From Candidatus Poribacteria bacterium (lineage in GTDB: Bacteria > Poribacteria > WGA-4E > WGA-3G), in the NCBI GenBank assembly GCA_963663765.2, contig CAXXUA010000005.1:128001-192000 (forward strand): a stretch of DNA of 64,000 nucleotides, given 5' to 3'. Shown piece after piece: positions 19,949 to 30,399 of the stretch. The first letter of the stretch is position 1, and each line of letters starts with the position of its first letter. Position numbers and translations under genes: made by a program. The notes under the pieces were generated by a model, which saw only the letters and a list, made by a program, of their open reading frames with translations, had not been told where the DNA came from and made no database searches.

Positions 19949-22897
19949 ATGAAAACAATTTTGTTTATTGTATCCATCGCAGTACTAATCGGTTTAGCTG
20001 CTGGATGCGATGAAATGCAAGATCAAGTTATGAAACCTATAACGATGCCTGACGACGAAGTTATTACAGAAGATGACATGGTAACATCCATGGGTACAAT
20101 GAAGGATCCCTCTACAGAAACTGATGATACAGAAGAGGATACCCCTGTCGAAACGCAAACACCCGATGCATTATTCGTAAGTGCGACACCCGCAAGCGGA
20201 GAAATTTCGGTAAACGGGAGTATCACCATTGAATTTGACAACGACCCGGGGGACGTATCAGCGAGTGAAGGGACAGTCACAGGCTCCGGTAATACACGGA
20301 CTATTAGTGGTCCTTTTACTGTTGGTTCGCTTGCCCTCACGATTACATGGCCAAACGGGGATGGCAGCCACACACTGAACTATAACGTCGTTGCCGATGA
20401 TACAACCCCGCCAATGGTTACAACAAGTAGCACTACTAACGGTGCTGTAGACATTGACCCTGCTACAGTCTTTCAAAATGGAATCACTGTCACTTTCAAC
20501 GAAACAATTATCAGCGGAACACTCAGATTGTTGAAAAACGGAGAAAATGTCGGGTGGACATTAAGTATTCAAAATAATACAATCACACTCACACCAAACA
20601 CTGGTCAAGAACTCAGCCACGATACAATGTATCAGATCGTCGGCACTGTAAAAGACGCAGCCAATAACGAAACTGATGTGAGTATCTCCTTCACAACCAA
20701 ATCAGAACCTGCACCACCTCCTCCGCAAACGCTTGTCGCAGCGTTTGTAAGTGCGTCACCCGCAAGCGGAGATACTTCGGAATACGGGGGTATCACCATT
20801 GAATTTGACAACGACCCGGGCGATGTAACAACGAGTGAAGGGACAGTCACAGGCTCCGGAAATTCACGGACTATTAGTGGTCCTTTTACTGTTGGTTCGC
20901 TTACCATCACGATTACATGGCCAAATGGGAATGGCAGCCACACACTGAACTATAACGTCGTTGCCGATGATACAACCTCGCCAATGCTTACAACCAGTAG
21001 CACTACTAACGGTGCTGTAGACATTGACCCTGCTACAGTGTTTGAAAATGGATTCACTGTCACTTTCAACGAAACGATTATCAGCGGAACACTCAGATTG
21101 TTGAAAAACGGAGAAAATGTCGGGTGGACTTCAAGTATTCAAAATAATACAATCACACTCACACCAAACGCTGATCAAAAACTCAGCCACGATACAATGT
21201 ATCAGATCGTTGGCACTGTAAAAGACGCAGCCGATAATGAAACCGATGTGAGCATCTCCTTCACAACCAAATCAGCACCTGCACCACCCCCTCCGCAAAC
21301 ACCTGTCGCTGCGTTTGTAAGTGCGACACCCGCAAGTGGGAATATTTCGGAAAACGGGAGTATCACCATCAATTTTGACAACGACCCAGGTGCCGTAACA
21401 GCGGGTAGTGGGACAGTCACAGGCTCCGGAAATTCACGGACTATTAGTGGTCCTTTTACTGTTGGATCGCTTGCCCTCACGATTACATGGCCAAATGGGA
21501 ATGGCAGCCACACACTGAACTATAACGTCGTTGCCGATGATACAACCTCGCCAATGCTTACAACCAGTAGCACTACTAACGGTGCTGTAGACATTGACCC
21601 TGCTACAGTGTTTGAAAATGGATTCACTGTCACTTTCAACGAAACGATTATCAGCGGAACACTCAGATTGTTGAAAAACGGAGAAAATGTCGGGTGGACT
21701 TCAAGTATTCAAAATAATACAATCACACTCACACCAAACGCTGGTCAAGAACTCAACCACGATACAATGTATCAGATCGTGGGCACTGTAAAAGACGCAG
21801 CCGATAATGAAACCGATGTGAGCATCTCCTTCACAACTAAATCAGCACCTGCACCACCCCCTCCGCAAACACCTGTCGCTGCGTTTGTAAGTGCAACACC
21901 CGCAAGTGGGAATATTTCGGAAAACGGGAGTATCACCATCAATTTTGACAACGACCCAGGTGCCGTAACAGCGAGTAGTGGGACAGTCACAGGCTCCGGA
22001 AATTCACGGACTATTAGTGGTCCTTTTACTGTTGGTTCGCTTGCCCTCACCATTACATGGCCAAATGGGAATGGCAGCCACACGTTGAACTATAACGTCG
22101 TTGCCGATGATACAACCTCGCCAATGGTTACAACAAGTAGCACTACTAACGGTGCTGTAGACATTGACCCTGCTACACTGTTTGAAAATGGATTTACTGT
22201 CACTTTCAACGAAACGATTATCAGCGGAACACTGAGATTGTTGAAAAACGGAGAAAATGTCGGGTGGACTTCAAGTATTCAAAATAATACAATCACACTC
22301 ACACCAAACGCTGGTCAAGAACTCAGCCACGATACAATGTATCAGATCGTCGGCACTGTAAAAGACGCAGCCGATAACGAAACTGATGTGAGCATCTCCT
22401 TCACAACCAAATCAGAACCTGCACCAGTTGTGACACTGGATCCAGGTGAGGGCTTAAGTAACGGTGCCGAAGCACCCGATTTTGAATTGTTGGATGGTGA
22501 TGGAAATACGTACAGTCTTTCGGAGTATAGTGGGATAGTCGTGATTGTATTCTATCGGGGTGGTTGGTGACCGTATTGTCGTGAGCAACTCAGTGAGTTG
22601 CAAGAATACGCCAGTCAAATTTCAGAGGCAGGTGCATCGCTCATTGCAATCAGTTCCGATAGCCAAAGTGCTACCAAAGAGACAGTTCAAAATCTCAGCC
22701 TCTCGTTCACGGTACTATCTGATAGCAGCATAACGGCAATTTCTGCATACAACGTCGTTGATCAAGGCAACACTAGAATTGCCAGACCCGCAACCTATAT
22801 TATCAAATCAGACGGTACGGTCGGATGGAAATCTCTTGGTTCTACTTCGACAAGGGTTTCAACCGCTGACACTCTAACTGCATTGGGTGAACTCTAA
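19949..22897 (+). CDS. Probable selenoprotein: lipoprotein with four Ig-like repeats fused to an AhpC/TSA peroxiredoxin-like domain (UxxC), 982 aa
   Basis: Lipobox AAGC; TGA at 22568-22570 sits in FYRGGW-U-PYC, in frame with the 22598-22897 ORF (AISSDS, ARPATYII); SECIS-like hairpin follows. Confidence 0.85.
20170..22425 (+). repeat. Four tandem 570-bp (190-aa) intragenic repeats
   Basis: Near-identical units with 570-bp period (GTAAGTGCG.CACCCGCAAG recurs near 20177, 20747, 21317, 21887). Confidence 0.95.
22585..22601 (+). promoter_or_regulatory. Putative bacterial SECIS element
   Basis: GCAACTC-AGT-GAGTTGC perfect 7-bp stem; loop contains G and begins 21 nt after the UGA. Confidence 0.7.
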
Positions 22898-22952
22898 AGA
22901 GTGCGTGATGATACGTCTGGTATTCATCAATATGATATCTTGGGTACGATCT

Positions 22953-23071
22953 CTTGTGGGCGGGTTTTCAATCCCGATTTAACAATTTGAATCCTGCGAA
23001 ATCGGTGTTTGTAACACCGATTTCGCAGGATTTATGCTGTTTTTTCGGGGTTACAAGACCTCTCCCACAAG
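22953..23071. repeat. Nested inverted repeats: REP-like outer arms around a perfect 19-bp-arm palindrome (22991-23031)
   Basis: CTTGTGGGCGGGTTT...GACCTCTCCCACAAG outside; ATCCTGCGAAATCGGTGTT-TGT-AACACCGATTTCGCAGGAT inside. Confidence 0.8.
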
Positions 23072-23275
23072 ATGATATATCCTAAAGTTACCAACTATAG
23101 GATTGAGATTTCGTCAGCTCATAGAGGGCATCCTTGCAAAAAATGTTATGCAGTAAGGAAACCTATCCAAATTTTCAAGAAGGAAGAGATCCATCTCAAT
23201 AATTCTGACGATATAATGAAGGTAAAACTCACAATAGACATTCTTTTTTTTAGGTGTATAACCAAATACGACCTT

Positions 23276-23431
23276 ATACCAATTCAAATAAATCTTGTCT
23301 CATTAAGGAATTCTACTGTTTACTAGCAGGGGGTTACTCTCTTCGGTAGGAGCGACCTCCCGGTCGCGACCGGGAGGTCGCTCCTACCAGATTTCCGCTG
23401 CTAATGAGACATTATCACATGAAAATGGTAT
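23276..23431. mobile_element. MITE-like element with ATACC...TGTCTCATTA inverted ends around a perfect 44-bp REP palindrome (23345-23388)
   Basis: GGTAGGAGCGACCTCCCGGTCG|CGACCGGGAGGTCGCTCCTACC; outer TGTCTCATTA / TAATGAGACA. Confidence 0.65.
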
Positions 23432-23552
23432 TACTTGTCATTAGACTATCTGACACCTATTGAATTCTAACAAGAACATCTGTCTTAACTTTTAATAAAT
23501 TCTGGTCTAAATAATCAATAGTAATTCAGACCTTTTTCTTAACAGAAATTCA

Positions 23553-23561
23553 TGGTATAAT
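23553..23561 (+). promoter_or_regulatory. Extended -10 element upstream of the uppS-like gene
   Basis: TGnTATAAT. Confidence 0.4.
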
Positions 23562-23677
23562 AGAAATATAGCATTGTTGTTTTACACCTAATATAAATAC
23601 TTTCATTCAGTACCCCTGAATGTTGATACCACACTTTCGCATATTGATCATTTGTAACATCTTATAGAGAGAATCTC

Positions 23678-24481
23678 ATGAACCTATTCAAATCCCTAAA
23701 GCACCAAGTTGAAAAAAAGTTCTACAAGGTGTATCAAAAACAACTGGAAGCAGAAGCAGATACATGGAATATCCCGCGTCATATAGGGGTAATCCTTGAT
23801 GGAAACCGGCGATATGCAAAAGCAAGTGGGTTAGACAATATAATAAAAGGCCACTATGAAGGTGCAGATAAACTTGAGGAAGTGCTTCATTGGTGTGATG
23901 AACTGGGTGTTGAAATTTTCTCTATTTGGATTTTTTCTCTTGACAACTTCAACCGCGCTGACGATGAAGTGGAAGGAATTTTGGGATTAATTGAACGAAA
24001 AATGCGTGATTTAGTAACGACTGAAGGATTACATACAAATCAAATTAAAGTCAGAGCCATGGGACAGATTGAACAACTACCCAAAAGCCTTCAAGAAGCT
24101 ATCCGACAAGCAGAAGAAGCGACCAAAAACTATGACAAATTTATCCTGAACGTTGCTGTTGCCTATGGAGGCCGCGAAGAGATAATTGAAGCGTTCCGTG
24201 GACATCTAAATGCAGAAATTCACAAAGGGAAAAATGCTGAACAAATTGCAGACGATTTGAGTGTTGACAAAATCGCACCATACTTATACACTTCAAACCT
24301 GCCTGACCCAGAACTAATTATCCGAACCAGTGGAGAAGTTAGATTGTCTGGATTCTTGTTATGGCAAAGCGTCTACTCAGAATTCTATTTTTGTGATACA
24401 TACTGGCCATCATTTAGAAAGATTGATTTTCTCCGTGCCATACGCGACTATAGCCACAGAAAACGAAGATTTGGCAAATAA
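23678..24481 (+). CDS. uppS: cis-prenyltransferase (polyprenyl diphosphate synthase)
   Basis: PRHIGVILDGNRR, FSLDNFNR, YGGREEI, IRTSGEVRLSGFLLWQ. Confidence 0.9.
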   Translation: MNLFKSLKHQVEKKFYKVYQKQLEAEADTWNIPRHIGVILDGNRRYAKASGLDNIIKGHYEGADKLEEVLHWCDELGVEIFSIWIFSLDNFNRADDEVEGILGLIERKMRDLVTTEGLHTNQIKVRAMGQIEQLPKSLQEAIRQAEEATKNYDKFILNVAVAYGGREEIIEAFRGHLNAEIHKGKNAEQIADDLSVDKIAPYLYTSNLPDPELIIRTSGEVRLSGFLLWQSVYSEFYFCDTYWPSFRKIDFLRAIRDYSHRKRRFGK

Positions 24482-24487
24482 CAACGG

Positions 24488-25654
24488 ATGCAGCTTATGA
24501 CAAATATTATATTATCTAAAGTACAGTTGAAAATACCTATTTTACTCTTATCACTACTTCTATTATTAGGAACAAACTACACGTATGCCCAGTCCCGCAC
24601 ACTCATTGCAGAAAAGACCAAAGCATCCACCGTCCTAATAGAAATTGAAGATGCAAAAGGGAAATCTTCACAAGGCAGTGGTTTTTTTATAGACAACGGA
24701 CTCGTAGCAACTAATTATCATGTTGTCAACGGGGCAAATGTTGGAACTGCAAAATTAGTCCTATCTAAAACCAACAAACAACTGAAAAAATATTCAATTG
24801 AAGGTGTTGTTGCAACTGATAAAGAAAAAGACCTTGCAATTGTAAAAGTCACTGGACTTTATGCACTTCCTCTTCCTTTGGGAAACAGTGATACTGTAAA
24901 AGACGGGCAAATTGTTTATGCTGTCGGTAATCCGCGTGGGTTCGAAGGCACATTCTCTTCTGGTGAAATTAGTAATATCCTTCCTAACGGAACGCGGAGA
25001 ATCAAAGGTAAAGTACTCCAAATTACTGCAGCCATTTCTCAAGGCAGTAGTGGTGGTGCAGTGGTAAATCAATGGGGACAAGTCATCGGTATAGTATCTG
25101 AAACACGTGAAGATGGACAAAACCTAAATTTCGCTATTCCTGTAAATGCTTTGAAGTCACTTATTAGAGAAATTGGTCCTGTTAGACCCTTTCCATCCAA
25201 ACCTACTTCACACAGAAATAAGAAACAACTTCCGTACCCCCTTCTTCTAATCGTAATGAGTGCAGCAGTCTTTGGTATAATATGGTTTTTACCCACTGTA
25301 ATAATAGAGAAGTGGTCAACTGCAGCATGGATCGCTTTACTCATCGGTAATATCAAAACTTGGCTTACGGCTATCCTAAGATCTGATTCATTACCAGACG
25401 GTATCAAATCTTTTCTCACGTCGGCACCTCCTCAGAACATTTACCATGCTTTAGACTGTTCAGATTGCATTGTTGGACTAATATTTTATGTAATTAAATT
25501 GCCGACATATCTTGTTTTTCTTGCTTTTCTTCTTGGAATTACCAATAAAGTCATACCAAAATTTGAACTGAATGGCTTTTTCAATACTTTCTTTGTCGCA
25601 CTATTGATTGTTATAACTGAAATAGTGCTACAGATGCTCTTGATAGGAGTATAA
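24488..25654 (+). CDS. Trypsin-like serine protease fused to a C-terminal multi-TM (holin-superfamily-IV-like) domain
   Basis: GSGFF, ATNYHVV, DLAIVK, ISQGSSGG triad motifs; about four hydrophobic helices at the C-terminus. Confidence 0.75.
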   Translation: MQLMTNIILSKVQLKIPILLLSLLLLLGTNYTYAQSRTLIAEKTKASTVLIEIEDAKGKSSQGSGFFIDNGLVATNYHVVNGANVGTAKLVLSKTNKQLKKYSIEGVVATDKEKDLAIVKVTGLYALPLPLGNSDTVKDGQIVYAVGNPRGFEGTFSSGEISNILPNGTRRIKGKVLQITAAISQGSSGGAVVNQWGQVIGIVSETREDGQNLNFAIPVNALKSLIREIGPVRPFPSKPTSHRNKKQLPYPLLLIVMSAAVFGIIWFLPTVIIEKWSTAAWIALLIGNIKTWLTAILRSDSLPDGIKSFLTSAPPQNIYHALDCSDCIVGLIFYVIKLPTYLVFLAFLLGITNKVIPKFELNGFFNTFFVALLIVITEIVLQMLLIGV

Positions 25655-25674
25655 CTGATATAACGGAGAAAAAT

Positions 25675-26442
25675 ATGCGTTTTGGAATATGTACCGGTTT
25701 AGACAATGTTGACTTACTTTCAGAATCAGGATATGACTATATTGAATTAGGTGTACGCGCCGCACTTATGCCAGAGTCTGCGGAAACTGAGTTTCAGAAA
25801 ATTAAAGAGCGAATAGAACATGCCTCTATAAAACCTGAAGCTTTTGCAGGTTTTATCCCAAGAGACCTACGTGTAGTTGGTGAAACAGTGGATTTTCCGC
25901 GTCTGTCTCGTTATGTAGAAACTGCATGCCGCAGAGCCAGTGAGATCGGGGGTGAAATCATTGTTTACGGTAGCAGCGGTTCCCGGAACATTGAAGATGG
26001 TTATCCCGAAGAATTGGCACTATCGCAAATTGCAGATTTTCTTGATATGGCTGCAGACCACGCAGAAACACACGGTATCACAATCGTTGTTGAACCGATA
26101 TGTAAGCGCGAGGGAAACATCATACGTACCGTTGCTGATGGACTCGCAATGGCAAAACGTGTCAACCGAAAAGGTATAAAAGCATTAGCTGACCTATATC
26201 ACGTCTGGCAAGAAGACGAACCGATGCAAAACATCGTTGATGCCGCAGATTTGTTAACACATGTCCATATTGCTGAACCTGTAAAACGTGCCTATCCCGG
26301 TAATGATGACTTTGATTTTACTGATTTCTTTGCTGCACTCCAAAGAGCAAACTATGATGGACGAATCTCTTGTGAGTGCAAATTTGACAACTTTAAAAAA
26401 GATATAAAAACAGCATTGAAAACGCTGAAAAACTATGTTTAG
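25675..26442 (+). CDS. Sugar phosphate isomerase/epimerase (xylose isomerase-like TIM barrel)
   Basis: GYDYIEL, VVEP, ADLYH, HVHIAE, ISCEC metal-binding pattern. Confidence 0.85.
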   Translation: MRFGICTGLDNVDLLSESGYDYIELGVRAALMPESAETEFQKIKERIEHASIKPEAFAGFIPRDLRVVGETVDFPRLSRYVETACRRASEIGGEIIVYGSSGSRNIEDGYPEELALSQIADFLDMAADHAETHGITIVVEPICKREGNIIRTVADGLAMAKRVNRKGIKALADLYHVWQEDEPMQNIVDAADLLTHVHIAEPVKRAYPGNDDFDFTDFFAALQRANYDGRISCECKFDNFKKDIKTALKTLKNYV

Positions 26443-26531
26443 AACAGCACATTTTTGAACACAATTCCTACTATTTTACATCTGAAAGGAAGTAGATATG
26501 CAAACAGAAAACCAAAGACAAAAATTGGGAG

Positions 26532-27488
26532 GTGGCGTTTATTCTTACTCATGAACAAGGTAGAATCATCCGAGCACGAACCGGATTCTATGACGTGCAA
26601 CATGGTGAACTCGTCTTGCGATGTACATTACGTGGCACCCTAAAACGAAAACAACGTTCCGAAGCTGGACGTAGACTTTATGCTGACCCTGTCGCAGTTG
26701 GTGATCAAGTGATCTTTTCACAACTTGATCAAGAAGAAGGTGTAATAGAGGAAATACTCTCCAGGCAAACAAAGTTTTCACGCCAATACGCGGGGAAACA
26801 TGAAAATATTGAGCAAATTATAGTTGCAAACGCACATCAAGTTGTTATCGTTGTTTCAACCCAAATGCCTCCACTAAACTATCGGGCTTTGGATCGTTTT
26901 CTCATTTTAGCTGAAGCGGGAGAAATGGCAGCAGTTGTCTGCATCAACAAGATAGACTTGGTGGATTCAGAACAATTTGAACAACTTACCACTACCTTCA
27001 AAGTCTATGAGGAACTCGGTTATCAAGTTATATTTACTAGCATCCAAATTCCTCAGAGTCTGGAGTCCCTTAAGAACGCTCTCAAAGATAAATTCAGTGT
27101 AATTGTTGGTGCATCAGGTGTTGGGAAATCAAGCCTTCTGAATGCAATTCAACCGAACTTGAAATTGCGAACTGCAGAAGTTGGTCACAAAACCCAAAAA
27201 GGCAGGCACACAACAACCCTCGTGGAATTGTTCAACTTGAAAATTGGTGGTGAAGTTGCAGATACTCCGGGCATTCGAGAAGTTGGATTGTGGGGAGTGG
27301 ATACTGAAACTCTGGAGTTCTATTTTCCAGAGATGGAACCATTTCTCGGAACATGTAAATACAACGACTGCGCTCACGTCAAAGAAACTGACTGCGCGAT
27401 CCAGTCTGCTGTTGAATCTGGACACATACACCCAGAACGGTATCACAGTTATGTTGTTCTAAAAACCGGAGATACTACAGAAACCTAA
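26532..27488 (+). CDS. rsgA: Ribosome small subunit-dependent GTPase A
   Basis: Circularly permuted GTPase: NKID, GASGVGKSS, GRHTT, DTPG; C-terminal CKYNDCAH...C zinc motif. Confidence 0.95.
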   Translation: MAFILTHEQGRIIRARTGFYDVQHGELVLRCTLRGTLKRKQRSEAGRRLYADPVAVGDQVIFSQLDQEEGVIEEILSRQTKFSRQYAGKHENIEQIIVANAHQVVIVVSTQMPPLNYRALDRFLILAEAGEMAAVVCINKIDLVDSEQFEQLTTTFKVYEELGYQVIFTSIQIPQSLESLKNALKDKFSVIVGASGVGKSSLLNAIQPNLKLRTAEVGHKTQKGRHTTTLVELFNLKIGGEVADTPGIREVGLWGVDTETLEFYFPEMEPFLGTCKYNDCAHVKETDCAIQSAVESGHIHPERYHSYVVLKTGDTTET

Positions 27489-27624
27489 ACTTCACGAATC
27501 CAAAAATCAATAAATATACAACAACCCATCTGCAGTGTTATCCCAAATTAACGTGATTTGTATATTTTTTAGTGCCGAGGACAGGGGCGGGCACAGAGCC
27601 CCGCGCTTACGAGTTAGGTTAATT

Positions 27625-27916
27625 TGGTATTATTTAGTTTTAAGAGTTTTCTGTTATTTAGATTTACTGAAAGTTAATACACGGGTTCGGTTTCCTAACC
27701 GAACTTTATACATCAATTTTAGATTATTGAAACATGAACATCGCTCTTCAGTCCCGCCAAATGCCATACGGGGAATGCCTTAATGGCATTCATACCGTTG
27801 ATTTGGCGCATTTGGCGTTGATTTGGTAGGGACTATAGAACTAGACAAGATGGTATCACATAAAATTAACGACATAACAAAATATTATCAAAATTATTGA
27901 AAACTAAATAACCCTG
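27625..27916. mobile_element. MITE family G (CAGGGTTATTTAGTTTT ends) with doubly nested micro-inserts
   Basis: Co-linear with 36564-36819 plus an extra 36-bp insert at 27770-27805. Confidence 0.85.
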
Positions 27917-28016
27917 ACCCATCTGTGCAATTCTTGACAAATTAGACACAACAACTAAAAAATAGATGGAGCAATAAATCCCTCATAATCAAAACGGTAA
28001 GCAATCATATACATTG

Positions 28017-29858
28017 CTATTTCAATATGATCATCCGTTTGGTCTGTTGGAAAGTTGGAGTTGTCAGTTGATAGAAATAGACACCACTTGAAACCGCCTC
28101 TCCAAACGCATTCTGTCCATCCCAAAAAACAGCGTTCCCACGACTCTGATAGAAACCTGCCGATTGATGACCAAGCGAAAATTCTCTGACAGTTTTCCCT
28201 GTGGCGTCATAAATAGATAGAGACACAACGCCAGCTTCTGCAAGATGAAATGGAAGCCATGTTTCAGGATTAAACGGGTTTGGGTAATTCTGCAGAAGTT
28301 GACTCTGCTTCGGGGTACCGATATTACCAAGTTTCACATTCATAACAGCGTTTTCAAGATGCGTTGCATTCACAGTGAAACTGTACTTTTCAGACACGAT
28401 ATTTCCGTTCGTATCAACAACGGTTATTTCAAGCTTGTCACCGACTTCTACAACACTGCGATAACTGAGGTCTGCTGTGGCTGCAGCAAAGTAATTACTG
28501 CGCACAAGAGAGGTCATGACAGTGTCTGTCCGCAGGTTTCGGACCTTAACGGTGAAACCGTTGGCAATCTGTATTCCATCTAAGTTTCCGCTGACAACAA
28601 ATGCCCACACACTTGGTGATACAACTTTAGCTATAGTAGGCGCTGCTGCGATCTCACTTCCGTCTATCCACCGAGATCCAACAAAGGCAAAATTCCGAGG
28701 TTGTGGAACATTGACGATATAACCTTGTCCACCTTCAATTTGAAAACCATCATCTGGAGCACTTGGAGTCCAACCGATAAAACGCTGGTTTTTTGCATCA
28801 AGTCTGATAATCGTTGTTGCGCCTGTTAAAGCTACAAGACTCTTGGCACTCATCTGCGTTGGCGGTGCTAATGGCACAGAAAACATATTTAAACCTTTAG
28901 AAAAGGTTACATTAAATGCATGTCCAAAAAGATCACTCTCAGCCTTCGTTACGGGATTAGCGACAAACCCATGTCTACGTCCATCGGACGAGTCATAATA
29001 TCCAATGATACTCCCATCCTGATTGATATTTCGTACCACAGTGCTAACACTCCCTGGTAATCGCAATTCTTGGGGGGTGCCACCTGGCAAAAGAATATAG
29101 GAACGCGGGATGTCATTTACTGCTTTTGCTCTGAAGATGACAACACCTACATCATTGATGGCATTGACGAATAGGAATTCCAGATTCGGTAATTCTGGCA
29201 CATCCACAGTGATAAAACTACCGTCTGGATTACGCATGAAACCGTGAGCTATGCCATCGGTACCTACGTAGCTGCCGACGATTACACCTTCAGCGTTGAC
29301 AAAATCAGCATAAGTTGTTACTGCTCCAGGAAACATGACGGGTAGATCGCCTGAGAAGCCTCGGATGTTACCTTCCGCATCAAAGATGTTACCGCTCAGT
29401 GCTCCTGTTTCATCGCTAATACCGTAGATGTTGGTTTGTACTGCGCCGGGAAAATCGTATTGGGTGAGTACTTCATCTTCCATGATTAAGCCGTGATACA
29501 GTCCATCTTGTCCTATGTAATGCCCCACAGCTATTCCGTTATTGGCAAGTCCATAGAAATAGGTATTTACGGATCCTGGGAAGTCATAAGTTTTAAATAC
29601 GCCGTCTATCAATGTAAAGCCGATGGTTTTCGTGCCATCAGAACTCCGGGTGTTGCCTGCATAACCTCCGAAGTCGTTACTTGCTGTTAACTCCAAAAAA
29701 TCAACACTGGGAACATCAATCGACTCATAGATATAGTAGGGTGAGGATATTTCAGAAACAGAGACAGGAACTGGTACAGGTTGTGCGTTGATTTGCCAAA
29801 CAGGACAACTGATTAGACACAAAAACAAGAGAAGTTTTGTTATTATATGGTGATTCAT
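28017..29858 (-). CDS. Secreted repeat (beta-propeller-like) protein with C-terminal FlgD-Ig/sorting-like domain; one N-terminal module
   Basis: Signal peptide; repeats D.PG...T...IN..G.IVG.Y.D..G..HGF; LLQNYPNPFNPETW tail; paralogue of the next two genes. Confidence 0.8.
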   Translation of the reverse strand: MNHHIITKLLLFLCLISCPVWQINAQPVPVPVSVSEISSPYYIYESIDVPSVDFLELTASNDFGGYAGNTRSSDGTKTIGFTLIDGVFKTYDFPGSVNTYFYGLANNGIAVGHYIGQDGLYHGLIMEDEVLTQYDFPGAVQTNIYGISDETGALSGNIFDAEGNIRGFSGDLPVMFPGAVTTYADFVNAEGVIVGSYVGTDGIAHGFMRNPDGSFITVDVPELPNLEFLFVNAINDVGVVIFRAKAVNDIPRSYILLPGGTPQELRLPGSVSTVVRNINQDGSIIGYYDSSDGRRHGFVANPVTKAESDLFGHAFNVTFSKGLNMFSVPLAPPTQMSAKSLVALTGATTIIRLDAKNQRFIGWTPSAPDDGFQIEGGQGYIVNVPQPRNFAFVGSRWIDGSEIAAAPTIAKVVSPSVWAFVVSGNLDGIQIANGFTVKVRNLRTDTVMTSLVRSNYFAAATADLSYRSVVEVGDKLEITVVDTNGNIVSEKYSFTVNATHLENAVMNVKLGNIGTPKQSQLLQNYPNPFNPETWLPFHLAEAGVVSLSIYDATGKTVREFSLGHQSAGFYQSRGNAVFWDGQNAFGEAVSSGVYFYQLTTPTFQQTKRMIILK

Positions 29859-29889
29859 AACTATCCTTATTATGCGATTATTATTGCAC

Positions 29890-30047
29890 CAGGACTTACG
29901 CAGTTTTCATGATTTAATCCTGAATCATGACAGAAATGATGTAATTTTCATCATTTATTAGGTTTCCAGCGCGCTTACAAAGCACCAAATCAACGGTATG
30001 AATGCCATTAAGGCATTCCCCGCCTACCGTTTTGGGCGTAAGTCCAG
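29890..30047. mobile_element. MITE family C (CAGGACTTACGCA ends) with 36-bp micro-insert (29986-30021)
   Basis: Inverted copy of 38178-38298 and 53675-53883. Confidence 0.85.
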
Positions 30048-30061
30048 TTACACGTTTTAAT

Positions 30062-30238
30062 TAAGGTTTGATTTTGAAATGAATTATACATTTCTTCAGT
30101 TTGCGAGGTAGGAACTATGTTGTTTCGCCTTTTACATTCGGTAGGAGCAACCTCCCGGTCGAGATTTATTCTAAACGGTCGTGACAAGGAGGTCGTTCCT
30201 ACCTGTTAAATGTGTTATTAATTCCAATATCTACCTTA
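30062..30238. mobile_element. MITE family T carrying a GTAGGAGC REP pair
   Basis: TAAGGT...AATTATACATTT / AAATGTGTTATTAATTCC...ACCTTA ends; GGTAGGAGCAACCTCCCGGTCG inside. Confidence 0.65.
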
Positions 30239-30399
30239 GATTGAACTGAGTGTCACAGTTAAACCGTACGCATATCTGTGACACCTATTATACCAAATAA
30301 ACGGAATTTATCTTTTTCCAACGGTAGGTGCGGTTTCCTAACCGCACACTTAGCAAGACGAATCACGCTAATTGGGTATTAGTTGTGTTCAGATTGACA

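Noticed and set aside
20023-22083. Repeated antisense ORFs of 103-116 aa
   Set aside because: Shadows of the 570-bp coding repeat
22598-22897. Separate 99-aa gene, or a nonsense-split pseudogene
   Set aside because: In frame with the upstream ORF, lacks the active-site half of the fold, and the UGA context plus hairpin favour Sec read-through; a nonsense mutation is not fully excluded
24488-25654. Prophage inferred from the holin-like domain
   Set aside because: No structural, integrase or lysin genes; housekeeping context
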